Source of the DNA: Candidatus Nomurabacteria bacterium CG1_02_43_90
GTDB lineage: Bacteria > Patescibacteriota > Minisyncoccia > Phycocordibacterales > UBA1550
Assembly (NCBI GenBank): GCA_001871765.1
Contig: MNVN01000010.1
Coordinates: forward strand, 74-64,073
Direction of reading: 5' to 3'
DNA length: 64,000 nt
A model generated the notes under the pieces. That model was not told the origin of the DNA and made no database searches. It saw only the letters and a list, made by a program, of their open reading frames with translations. Both the position numbers and the translations under genes were made by a program. Numbering within the stretch: position 1 is the stretch's first letter; the number at the start of each line of letters is the position of its first letter. This document shows positions 1-9,417 of the stretch, piece after piece.

Positions 1-1
1 T

Positions 2-1588
2 ATGGCTATTGTAGGAGGTACACAGTATGTAGCATCAGGAGTTTCTCCTGATGCTAAGAATGGTGCAAAGGAACGCATTCAGAATGCTCTTACGGGACTT
101 GCACTCATTCTTACTTCATACCTTATTCTCAACTCTATCAATCCTCAGTTGGTGCAGTTTAACTTTATGTTACCGCCGGTGGGGGTGGTTGGCCCTACGA
201 CCTCCGGTAGCGTGGCAGGAACAAACAATGTTGTTCCTGGTGGAGCAACTTCATCTGCGGGGAATGGAAACATTCTTTCTTCTCTCTATAAAAATTCAAA
301 CACCGCGGTTTTGCCTTCTACTGCAAGAACACAAAATCCCGTGATTAACTCGCTCACTTCTTCTGGGGGTGCAGGGGGTACAAGCGCGGGGGTGGGTACA
401 AACACCGTTGCACCTAGGAATGTTTCCGGTCTTACTACGAATACAGAAATGGTAGCTCAGCCTCAGGTACAAGCACAAGCCGCGATCAATGCGCGCATTG
501 ATCGGACAAATGATTATTCTATTATTTCACATTGTGTAGGGAACACTACGTATGACTTATGTCCAAAAACAGATTTGAATGGTGATGGAAAAACAGACGT
601 TGCCGACCTCACTATTTTTATGACGAAAGGGAATACTCTTGATGTAAACCAAAACAAAACAATAGAGATTGCCGACGCTGTTCCCTTTTCTGCAAAATCT
701 TGTTTTTTCAAGAAGACGACGACCGCAAATATTCAAAACATGCTTCCTCAGAAAAAGATGGTGGGCAAGAGACTAACCACCGTTTGTCAGGGGTCAACTG
801 TTGGGTTAGGAGTTCTTGGCACAACCTTGGCCCCCACTGTTCTCTGTAACGGATCTACGTGGTTGAAGTTCGTGACCGTTGGCGGAAGTTGTGCTGCGGA
901 TAATGGACTCCTCTCCCTCCCTTTTGGATTTGTTTATATGGCGAATGGTACTTCCCCGGGAGCAGGAGGGAGCGATGGTCAGTATAGTAATTTTAAAATA
1001 TGGATACAGGGCGCCATTTCGGGAAGCGGGGTAAATCTCACCACCCTTTTTGTAGAAACATTTTTAAGCAACCCTCGATCAGTTTGTTATGGTAAGTATT
1101 GTGCTTCATATAATCCCTATCTCGAAAGTACCCTTGGTAAAATAGCCTATGCCACAATCGCGCAGTATGATTTAAATAATGATGGGACGGCAGACTTTAG
1201 CCTTGGTGGTGCAGACATTGCCGTTTTTAATGGCTGTAGAGGGACTTCTCTTTCGGGTGTGTGTGTACAAGCAGACTTCAATAATGATAGTGTAGTAGAT
1301 GACCGTGATTTTGGATTTGTGACCTTTATGCAAAGGGATATTCTTGGGAATTCGGGCTTCATTCCCCTCGGATGGAAGCTTGAATGGCTTGAATCTATGA
1401 TGTTTGACCCCACGGGATATAGCGACAAACAAATTATTAACTATTGTATGGGGCATACGGCTTTTGAAAAGTGTGGTTTTGCAGATATAAATGGTGACAA
1501 TATCGTGAACGCAACTGACCTCACTGAGTTTAACACCAGCGCCCGCCTCCTTGATTTTAATAGTGACGGAAAGGTTGACTTACCGTAA
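2..1588 (+). CDS. 5'-truncated CPR pilin-like membrane protein fused to Cys-flanked dockerin/EF-hand-like repeats
   Basis: N-terminal GGTQYVASG...AKERIQNALTGLALILTSYLILNSINPQLV is typical of CPR VirB2-like pilin anchors; DLNGDGKTDVADL, DFNNDSVVDDRDF, DINGDNIVNATDL and DFNSDGKVD motifs. Confidence 0.7.
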   Translation: MAIVGGTQYVASGVSPDAKNGAKERIQNALTGLALILTSYLILNSINPQLVQFNFMLPPVGVVGPTTSGSVAGTNNVVPGGATSSAGNGNILSSLYKNSNTAVLPSTARTQNPVINSLTSSGGAGGTSAGVGTNTVAPRNVSGLTTNTEMVAQPQVQAQAAINARIDRTNDYSIISHCVGNTTYDLCPKTDLNGDGKTDVADLTIFMTKGNTLDVNQNKTIEIADAVPFSAKSCFFKKTTTANIQNMLPQKKMVGKRLTTVCQGSTVGLGVLGTTLAPTVLCNGSTWLKFVTVGGSCAADNGLLSLPFGFVYMANGTSPGAGGSDGQYSNFKIWIQGAISGSGVNLTTLFVETFLSNPRSVCYGKYCASYNPYLESTLGKIAYATIAQYDLNNDGTADFSLGGADIAVFNGCRGTSLSGVCVQADFNNDSVVDDRDFGFVTFMQRDILGNSGFIPLGWKLEWLESMMFDPTGYSDKQIINYCMGHTAFEKCGFADINGDNIVNATDLTEFNTSARLLDFNSDGKVDLP

Positions 1589-1592
1589 AAAG

Positions 1593-1643
1593 AGGTCCTC
1601 CGTGCGAAAATTTTTAGCATAAAAATTTTCGCACGGAGGACCT
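1593..1643. terminator. 24-bp perfect inverted repeat with 3-nt loop
   Basis: aggtcctccgtgcgaaaattttta-gca-taaaaattttcgcacggaggacct directly after the stop codon. Confidence 0.7.
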
Positions 1644-1664
1644 AAAGCATGCTATACTTTTCTC

Positions 1665-2615
1665 ATGAAATCAAAAATATTTTTTTGGACTGTTTTAATG
1701 GTAGTGCCGATTTCTCTTATTGCATCATCCGAAAGTTTCCCTCGAAATTTATCACTTGGAATGCGCGGAGGTGATGTTCTTGCCTTGCAGCAATTTTTAA
1801 ATACTGATACTGATACGCGAGTATCAGAAACGGGAGCAGGTTCTCGGGGGAACGAAACTGATTATTTTGGTCCCGCTACAAAACGCGCCATCATTAAATT
1901 CCAAGACAAATATCGTGCGGAAGTTTTAACTCCTGTCGGACTTGTTTCGGGGAATGGTTTTTTCGGGGCAAAGACACGCGCACAAGTAGTGGCACTTCGT
2001 GATAAAGTTTCTTCCCCTACCATTACCACTTCGAGTACAGTGTCGTCAATAGATACGCAAGGTGAAGTTATTGTAATGTTCCCTTCTCAGTATTCAGGTA
2101 TCGTGGGGACAATGGTAACAATTTCTGGCGCAGGATTCACCGCTAAAGACAACACCATCTATTTTGGCGAACACTACGCGGTCGAAAAAGCCTCCTCATG
2201 GAATGGACAGTCTCTTGCCTTCAACATCCCCTCAATACCAAAAGGAAACTATCCTTTGTATGTTAAAAATTCGCGCGGGGAGAGTAACAAAGATTCCTTT
2301 TTTGTCGTTACGGACGGTGTGACACCTGAGCCAAAGATTGAGAGCATAAGTCCTTCTCAGACGGTACGGGGAGCGCTCATGAGTGTTACCGGTTCAGGGT
2401 TTACTACCACGGGAAATATGATTCGTACGGGAGTAGCTATTGTTGAAAATATGCCATCAGTAAATGGAACAGCTCTATCTTTCGTTGTCCCTGAATCTAT
2501 GACAGCAACGAGTACGGTGCCTGACTCTTCTAAAAAAGCATCCTTCCCTATTTGGGTGTATGTGGTCAATGAGAACGGGGTAAGTAATGGAAAAAGTTTT
2601 GATCTAGGGCTCTAA
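1665..2615 (+). CDS. secreted protein with peptidoglycan-binding domain and two IPT/TIG domains
   Basis: Signal peptide; RNLSLGMRGGDVLALQQFLN...YFGPATKRAIIKFQ; P-x-I-x-S-I-S-P...VTGSGF repeats. Confidence 0.85.
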   Translation: MKSKIFFWTVLMVVPISLIASSESFPRNLSLGMRGGDVLALQQFLNTDTDTRVSETGAGSRGNETDYFGPATKRAIIKFQDKYRAEVLTPVGLVSGNGFFGAKTRAQVVALRDKVSSPTITTSSTVSSIDTQGEVIVMFPSQYSGIVGTMVTISGAGFTAKDNTIYFGEHYAVEKASSWNGQSLAFNIPSIPKGNYPLYVKNSRGESNKDSFFVVTDGVTPEPKIESISPSQTVRGALMSVTGSGFTTTGNMIRTGVAIVENMPSVNGTALSFVVPESMTATSTVPDSSKKASFPIWVYVVNENGVSNGKSFDLGL

Positions 2616-2655
2616 GGTATTGCACAGGAGTCATTAATGTGAAACAATAAAGTAT

Positions 2656-3054
2656 ATGAAGTTTCTCAATTTTATAAAAAAGCATGCTATTATCACGAGT
2701 TCCCTTTTTGTTCTCTTGTTCATCATCACCTCTTTTGGGTTAAAAATTAAATCAACCAATGCAATCATGCCCTTTGGGGGAAAAATTCAGAAGGTGACCT
2801 ACTGCACCTGTAGTTTGAATCTTGCAATTTTGGTTGGGCCCCCAGGACCAGGGGTCTTTACCTATGAACCTGGAGCATCTTCTATTAAGGCTTTTTATCA
2901 AATCTTCCGCCCAGGCCCTTGGGTACTCGGTTCGTACACTCCAGGAGGTGTCTGTACTTCATGGTATATCTGCGGGACGTCTCCTTGTTGCCTGCCGGAC
3001 ATGACTACTCCCCCACCCATCGGGACTATCTCAGATGCAGGGACTTCAATGTAA
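2656..3054 (+). CDS. small secreted Cys-rich hypothetical protein
   Basis: N-terminal hydrophobic segment, PFGGKI, CTCS and further Cys; overlaps the rsmA 3' end by 29 bp. Confidence 0.7.
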   Translation: MKFLNFIKKHAIITSSLFVLLFIITSFGLKIKSTNAIMPFGGKIQKVTYCTCSLNLAILVGPPGPGVFTYEPGASSIKAFYQIFRPGPWVLGSYTPGGVCTSWYICGTSPCCLPDMTTPPPIGTISDAGTSM

Positions 3055-3850
3055 GAGCAATCCATTGCTCGAGCGATACATTTTCTGCGCGGGCGTTTTC
3101 GAGAATTCCTACTTCTTTTAATATTTGTATTGTTTTGCTTTCAAAAATTTCTTTTAAATTTCCCGTCAGCATTTTACGTTTGTGAGCGAATCCTGTGTGG
3201 AGTATTTCAAAAAAATGTTTTTCTGTTGCAGGATTTGGAAAATTTGTATTTGAGATATTTTCAATCGCAAGAATTGCAGAATCTACTTTGGGTGCCGGGG
3301 TAAAATAGCGCGCAGGAACTTTTTTAATAAGTTTTGGGGTGCCGTATGCTTTTACCGCAATAGAAAGAATGCTTTCTTTTCTTTCGCCTGCCCGGGCGAC
3401 ACGTGTCGACGGGCGTGCCACAATACGTGTTGCAACCTCTTTTTGTACCATGAGGATCATTTTTTGAGGCTTTTCTCCTGCTTCCAGAAACATCCGGATG
3501 ATTTGACCGGTGAGATAGTACGGGATATTTGCTACGAGCTTGTAGGAAGGAGGAAGTCCGAGAGTATTTTTCTCTAGATTTTCTAAAATGTCCCCATGGA
3601 TAAGGATAAATCTCTTATTCGCGATTTCTTCAGCAAATTTTTCTGCAAGGATTGGAATCATACGATCGTCTTTTTCAACGGCAATAACGTGAACACCTGA
3701 AGCAAGAAGTTCTTTAGTAAGGAATCCTTTCCCTGGTCCTATTTCAAGAACGGTATCCGTAGGCAAAAGCTCCCCTGCACGCACAATATCCCGCGCAACA
3801 CTCTTTGAATTCAAAAAATTCTGCCCTAATGATTTTTTTGCATGCACCAT
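3026..3850 (-). CDS. rsmA: 16S rRNA m6,2A dimethyltransferase RsmA/KsgA
   Basis: AKKSLGQNFL, VLEIGPGKG, VANIPYY, F-x-P-A-P-K-V-D-S. Confidence 0.97.
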   Translation of the reverse strand: MVHAKKSLGQNFLNSKSVARDIVRAGELLPTDTVLEIGPGKGFLTKELLASGVHVIAVEKDDRMIPILAEKFAEEIANKRFILIHGDILENLEKNTLGLPPSYKLVANIPYYLTGQIIRMFLEAGEKPQKMILMVQKEVATRIVARPSTRVARAGERKESILSIAVKAYGTPKLIKKVPARYFTPAPKVDSAILAIENISNTNFPNPATEKHFFEILHTGFAHKRKMLTGNLKEIFESKTIQILKEVGILENARAENVSLEQWIALTLKSLHLR

Positions 3851-3880
3851 ATCTTTTAGTATATGCTACTTTGTTCCTCG

Positions 3881-5824
3881 CTACCACGAAATACTGAGTA
3901 CGGGCTCATCGTTGGTATTTCCGCTCTCGCGCTCCAGATATATGTCGTCGATATCGGTAAGGAATTCCGAAGGCGCGTTTACTTGGCGCTGTCCATAAAT
4001 GGTTCGTACTGAAGCATAAGAGAGAAATAGTTTTTTCTTGGCGCGCGTAATAGCCACATAGAAGAGTCGACGCTCTTCCTCGCTGTCTTCTTTTGAAACA
4101 GCACCTGCGCTCATACGTCGGTGAGGAAACAGGTCTTGTTCAAGCCCAGTCACAAAAACATAAGGGAATTCAAGTCCCTTTGCTGCGTGGACAGTCATCA
4201 TCTTTACCGCTTTTTCATTTTTTATTAAGGAATCCTGGTCACTTGCGAGCGTCGCGTCTTCCAAGAGTTTTTCAACTGCTTCTTCAGGGGGAAGGATATC
4301 GTACTTTGTCGCAAGGGTTACCATTTCATGGATATTCTCGAGGCGGTCATTGTCTTCATCTGTCCCCGTCTTGAGTGAATTTTCAATTCCGGTGGCCTCA
4401 GAAACAAACTTAATAAGTTTTGAGGTTTTTTCAACGAGTGCGTACTCACGAATTTTTGCAAGAAGGTCCCAGAATTCTTGCGCACGCTTTTGTGCCGCGG
4501 GAGTCAGGGATACCTCATCTTTTGCAAACATTTTTGCGAGCGTTGCCTTGCCAATACCTCGGGGAGGTGCGTCGATGATGCGTTTGACATCAGAAAGACT
4601 CTCAGGGTTGAGTGCGGCACGAATAAACGACAAAATATCCTTGACTTCTTTTCGTTCAAAAAAGCGTACCCCTAAGACCTGATACGGAACTTCCATAAGG
4701 AGGAATGCTTCTTCAAGGGCACGTGACTGAAAGTTTGCGCGATAGAGCACTGCAATACTTTCGGGGTCGGTACCACTTTCGATGAGTCCTTTGATCCGTT
4801 CCCCTATGGCGCGCGCTTCCCCACCTTCGTCGTAGTTTTCAATAAGAGAAATTTTATCTCCTTCAATATTTTTTGTGTAGAGGTTTTTTTCTTTACGAAC
4901 GGTATTTTTTTTGATTACCGCATTTGCTACCGCAAGGATAGTTTGTGTTGAGCGGTAGTTTTCCTCGAGGAGAATCGTACGCGCACCGGCGTAGTCTTTT
5001 TCAAAATTTAAAATATTCTGTACATTTGCCCCACGCCAGCTGTAAATATTTTGGTCGCCATCGCCAACCGCACAAATATTCATATTCTCCCCCGCAAGGA
5101 GGCGCGCAAGCTCGTATTGTACTCCGTTGGTATCTTGATACTCGTCGATGTGTATGTAGTGCCAGCGCCCTTGGTAGGCACGACGTATTTCCGGGTTGGT
5201 GCGGAGGAGAATAACTGTTTTTAAAATGAGGTCATCAAAATCAAGCGCTTTTTCTCGGGCAAGAAATCGTTCATAGCGCTCCCATACGGAAGAGACAATC
5301 ATGGGGAAATATGCGTTACCAACGTCACGACGGTACTCTTCAAGGGTTACCATGCTTCCTTTTTGACGGGAAATAACGCTCGCAATACGCTCGGGAGAAA
5401 ATTGTTTTGAATCAAGACCTTGTTCTTTTACGGCCTCTTTCATGAGTGCGCTGGCCGAATTTTTATCAAGAATTGCAAAATGTTTTGTGAGTCCAAATAC
5501 GTGTGCATGTGTGCGTAAAATATATACACCAAGTGAGTGGAACGTGCCGATAAAGGGGCGCGCATCTCCGTAGCGCATACCCACCGAGAACCCATGTTTT
5601 TCAAGGAGTGCATCAACACGCTCAAGCATTTCTTTTGCAGCTTTGTTCGTAAAGGTGATCGCGAGGATTTCATTGGGAGGTACGCCTTCTTTTACGAGGT
5701 TGAGGATACGATGCGTCAGAGTGCTTGTTTTTCCTGTTCCTGCACCTGCGATAATGAGAAGAGGTCCTTCTTTGTGAAGTGCAGCTTCCCTCTGCATATC
5801 ATTTAAATGTTTGAGATGTTCCAT
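3881..5824 (-). CDS. pcrA: ATP-dependent DNA helicase PcrA/UvrD
   Basis: AGAGTGKT, TFTNKAA, DEYQDTN, GDGDQNIYSWRGA, HAAKGLEF, EERRLFYVAITRA. Confidence 0.95.
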   Translation of the reverse strand: MEHLKHLNDMQREAALHKEGPLLIIAGAGTGKTSTLTHRILNLVKEGVPPNEILAITFTNKAAKEMLERVDALLEKHGFSVGMRYGDARPFIGTFHSLGVYILRTHAHVFGLTKHFAILDKNSASALMKEAVKEQGLDSKQFSPERIASVISRQKGSMVTLEEYRRDVGNAYFPMIVSSVWERYERFLAREKALDFDDLILKTVILLRTNPEIRRAYQGRWHYIHIDEYQDTNGVQYELARLLAGENMNICAVGDGDQNIYSWRGANVQNILNFEKDYAGARTILLEENYRSTQTILAVANAVIKKNTVRKEKNLYTKNIEGDKISLIENYDEGGEARAIGERIKGLIESGTDPESIAVLYRANFQSRALEEAFLLMEVPYQVLGVRFFERKEVKDILSFIRAALNPESLSDVKRIIDAPPRGIGKATLAKMFAKDEVSLTPAAQKRAQEFWDLLAKIREYALVEKTSKLIKFVSEATGIENSLKTGTDEDNDRLENIHEMVTLATKYDILPPEEAVEKLLEDATLASDQDSLIKNEKAVKMMTVHAAKGLEFPYVFVTGLEQDLFPHRRMSAGAVSKEDSEEERRLFYVAITRAKKKLFLSYASVRTIYGQRQVNAPSEFLTDIDDIYLERESGNTNDEPVLSISW

Positions 5825-5916
5825 TGCTTCATTACTGTATCACACAATGATGGAAACAAGGAAAAAGACGGTTTGCGCTCTGCGTAAACCGTCTTTTTCT
5901 TAACCTTCACTTGTTT

Positions 5917-6210
5917 TTACTCTTGTTCCTTAAAATCTTGAAGTGTTTTCTTTACTTCTTCTGCCATAAGAGCCGGCAGATCGGGAACATGTTGTGCTAA
6001 AAACTTTTGCACAAGTTCATAGTCACCCTCAGCACTCACCTCTTCAAACTCAGCGCGCGCCTCTTCGGGGAGTTTTTCAAAAATGGTCACGGTAAGCGAC
6101 TTCAAAATAATCTCACCAAGCTTGCCGATGATTTCATTCTGTGCATCCTCGGGAAGACCCGCGATGCCAATTTCTTTGATAATAAGTTCACGAATTTCTT
6201 GGTTGTCCAT
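5917..6210 (-). CDS. small acidic helical CPR protein (DUF5663-like)
   Basis: 97-aa acidic helical ORF immediately downstream of the large ORF; followed by a hairpin at about 5861-5899. Confidence 0.7.
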   Translation of the reverse strand: MDNQEIRELIIKEIGIAGLPEDAQNEIIGKLGEIILKSLTVTIFEKLPEEARAEFEEVSAEGDYELVQKFLAQHVPDLPALMAEEVKKTLQDFKEQE

Positions 6211-6212
6211 AA

Positions 6213-9143
6213 TTATTTTGTCTTACTATTAATTGCCATTGCCGTCGCACGCTTGAAGTAATTTTCTAGAGTCTCTCCTTCGAGAGGCTGAACTCTTGAG
6301 TTTATAAAAGTTTCATCAATATATTTACGTATCGCGATAACAGCATCTTTGTTCTCTGTCCCAATACTTCCTGCGACCTTCTGCATCTTCTCTGGTTCCA
6401 TTTGTACAATCTCCGTCACTGTTTTGTTTGCAAAACCATGAGCCGCATCTTTCCAGTTTGGTGTACTCATACCATCTACGGCACCAAAACCAAAGAATCC
6501 GTTTGTTCCAAAGAGATTATTGATATGGCCATGTACCTGCTGGCTAGCTTGTTCAAGGATTTGACTGTTTGGAACAACAACTCTTTCAAATGGTACAGAA
6601 ATAGTGTTCACACTATTTATTGCGGTACCACCCAATTTATCAACCTGGTGGATAAATTCATTATCAAAACTTACTTCACCAAGTTTATTTGTCTCGCTGA
6701 GCATTTGTATAAACTCTTGATGGGTTAACCCTAGCTGGTTTTCTAGTGCAAGAATTCTTGCAGGATTTTGTTCTTGTATTGCGTCCCCCATCTCTCTTCC
6801 TATTCTGAGTCCCTCGGCATTTTCTGTTCCCCCTGAAGAGATACGCTGAGCAACTTCCTTTATATGATCACTCGGCCCAGATACAACCTCATGAGTTGGT
6901 GTTGCAGTTTCTGTGTGAGCTACACTGGGTACTGTGCTGTGTTGTGTCACTTCTGCTAAGGGGGCACTTTTGGGTGCTGAGTAATTCTCTATCCCCGTTA
7001 TTTCCCCAGGAGTTAGGTGGTGCGCTTTATCAATCGTTTCACCCATGAATTGCTGGTTCGAAAAAATATCTTTGAAATCAAGATGGTCTCCTACCGCGAG
7101 AACATCTGCATTACCACTGGTAATTCCAAAATGCTGTGGATTTTCTGCAATCTTATCCTTGATAGCATCAATGAGGTGTACGCGCTGTCCTTCGGGTAAT
7201 TCGTTAAAATCGTGAAGGTTTTGTTGTAATTGATGTTCAGCAATTTTCCACATAGAATCTCCTCCTCGGACATCAGTAAGATAAGAATGATTTATTACAT
7301 CAAGATTTTCTTTTCCGAGAGCAATTTCTTTATTCAAATCTGTTTGAAGAGAGGAAGCCTCTCCTGTTGATAATATCCCCGCCTGACCTTTTGGTATCGA
7401 TACCTCATGCACAGGGAAAAATTCATGAAATACATTTTGTAGTGCATGACCCATTACACCCCCACCGACAAGAACACCAAGAATGAGTGCTTCTGCGGTG
7501 TGGCGATTTCTCTCGCCTTCTTCCCGTATCCTTCCGTTTCTTTCGGCACTTACCGTCAAGAGTCCTTCAGCAGTAGCTGCCATTGCGAATCCTCCCAAAA
7601 TCCTTTGTATTGCAGATCCTGTAAAAGCAGCCGTAGCGATTGCGGATCCCGCTGCCCCCCCTATGACCGCTAAAGATGAAGCCGTTAAAAAGAGTACTCC
7701 GGAAATAAGCAGTTTGTGCTTGAGTGGCCATTTTTGATAAGCTCTCCCTATTGCAAAAATAGTTTCTGTCGCGCCAACTTTTTCGGCGCGCACCTCAACC
7801 CTTTTTCCCATCTGTGCAAGGCTCTCACGCATTTGTTCGCGGGTCTTATCTGCACGTTCGCTAAGTCCAAGCACTGCTTCTTCTTTGAGTGATATATTTT
7901 CCTCAAGTACAGTAGTTGTATTTTCTTGAGTAATAAGAATATCTTTGAGTTCATCATCACCTTCTTTTCTGGGTAACTCCTCAGTGTTATTTATTTCCTT
8001 AAGTTTCCAATCTTTGTTTCTTTGTACGTCGTTTTCTTTATTGAGGCGCTCCATGGCAATATCATAAGGAGACTGAAGTGGGTTAACCTTTTTTATTTCT
8101 TGCCGTCTTTTTTGGATTGAAGCATACTCCTTTTCAAGCTCTGCCCGCTCTTCTTTTGACGCAGTATCATCTTTTCCTTCAAGCTCTGCTTGGCGTGCGA
8201 CAACTTCTTGTGCACGTTCTTCTACTCGGTTAGGTTGTTCCACTTTTATTTTTTCCGCCCCCTCACTTATATTCTTGTGTAATTCTGCCAGCTCCTTTTC
8301 TAGGCGTTCCTTTTCTCTCACCGAGTCCTCGTCAGCTTTTCCCTCAAGCTCTAGTATACGTGCTTGTATCGCTTCCCCTAATTCCTCACCACTAATAAGA
8401 TGCCCCACCTCTACTTTGTGATCTTTTTCCTCTGGTAATGGTTGTTCTATGTTCATATTATTTTGTGCTTTGCTGTTTGGTTGTTCGTTGAGTGTGTCCA
8501 TTTCTTTTTGCATCTCTTCATTCTCTTTTGTGTGTCCAAAAATTCCGGGTGATACTCTCTCTGGTTCTTCTAAGAGTGTTTCTTCTTGCTTCTTTTTCTC
8601 CCATTCATCGAGAATTCTTTGTATGTGCCGGTTGTCTTCAAGAGGGTCTGTGTTGGGTATCGCACTGTTTATTTCACCAAGTTTTCTTTGAGCATCAACA
8701 ATGGAACCCCTAATGTGTTCCCGGGTTGTCTCAGAAAAGTCTCCTTGCTCAACCTGCCTTTGTTGGGCCCGCAAGTCTGCAAGAAGAAGAAGAAGCTCCC
8801 CTTTCTTATTCTTTATTGCATCGAGGTTTTGTTTTGCGGGTGATACTGATTCCCGTGCCCTCTTTACTGCTTCGTTAATTGCCGTAGGGTTCCCCGGCGT
8901 TCCTTTCCGTATGCCGTCTATATTTTTAATAGTTTGAGCTACTACTTCACCATAAGTAGCTGCTCTTTTTTGAAAATTCGCGGATTTTTTATTGCCCCCC
9001 TGCTTTTTTACAGGAGTTCCTACTGTGCTGTTAATGAGGCGGATATCCTGTCCTTTTGCCTTCAATTGTTCACCTAGTGTTCCCAGTTTTTCTTCTGGCT
9101 TACAAACTTTTATGTCAGGATGAGATTGTTTTGTGAACTCCAT
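6213..9143 (-). CDS. large coiled-coil membrane protein with LysM-like segment
   Basis: Glu/Lys-rich coiled-coil N-half, hydrophobic helices in the middle, VRGGDSMWKIA LysM-like motif; start chosen at MEFTKQ (track start 9182 is an alternative). Confidence 0.7.
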   Translation of the reverse strand: MEFTKQSHPDIKVCKPEEKLGTLGEQLKAKGQDIRLINSTVGTPVKKQGGNKKSANFQKRAATYGEVVAQTIKNIDGIRKGTPGNPTAINEAVKRARESVSPAKQNLDAIKNKKGELLLLLADLRAQQRQVEQGDFSETTREHIRGSIVDAQRKLGEINSAIPNTDPLEDNRHIQRILDEWEKKKQEETLLEEPERVSPGIFGHTKENEEMQKEMDTLNEQPNSKAQNNMNIEQPLPEEKDHKVEVGHLISGEELGEAIQARILELEGKADEDSVREKERLEKELAELHKNISEGAEKIKVEQPNRVEERAQEVVARQAELEGKDDTASKEERAELEKEYASIQKRRQEIKKVNPLQSPYDIAMERLNKENDVQRNKDWKLKEINNTEELPRKEGDDELKDILITQENTTTVLEENISLKEEAVLGLSERADKTREQMRESLAQMGKRVEVRAEKVGATETIFAIGRAYQKWPLKHKLLISGVLFLTASSLAVIGGAAGSAIATAAFTGSAIQRILGGFAMAATAEGLLTVSAERNGRIREEGERNRHTAEALILGVLVGGGVMGHALQNVFHEFFPVHEVSIPKGQAGILSTGEASSLQTDLNKEIALGKENLDVINHSYLTDVRGGDSMWKIAEHQLQQNLHDFNELPEGQRVHLIDAIKDKIAENPQHFGITSGNADVLAVGDHLDFKDIFSNQQFMGETIDKAHHLTPGEITGIENYSAPKSAPLAEVTQHSTVPSVAHTETATPTHEVVSGPSDHIKEVAQRISSGGTENAEGLRIGREMGDAIQEQNPARILALENQLGLTHQEFIQMLSETNKLGEVSFDNEFIHQVDKLGGTAINSVNTISVPFERVVVPNSQILEQASQQVHGHINNLFGTNGFFGFGAVDGMSTPNWKDAAHGFANKTVTEIVQMEPEKMQKVAGSIGTENKDAVIAIRKYIDETFINSRVQPLEGETLENYFKRATAMAINSKTK

Positions 9144-9417
9144 AATGATAGTATTTATTATCGCATGTCCTTGGCGTTTCATGCAACCTTTTCTTTCAGA
9201 GAATTATTTTTTATACATATAAATTATACAAACTTTCTGTCATAAAGTCAACTTTTTACTCTTTTACGTTATCCACAGTTTTTTTACTGAAACATCCCTA
9301 TTTGGGTCATTCTGTGCTACCCTTTAGGTAGTTATGGGGATTGGCCCCAAACTTGCCGAATAGACGATATTTTTCCACCCTCCCCTCTTTTGTTTCTTAC
9401 GAAGGAGGGAATCCCGC

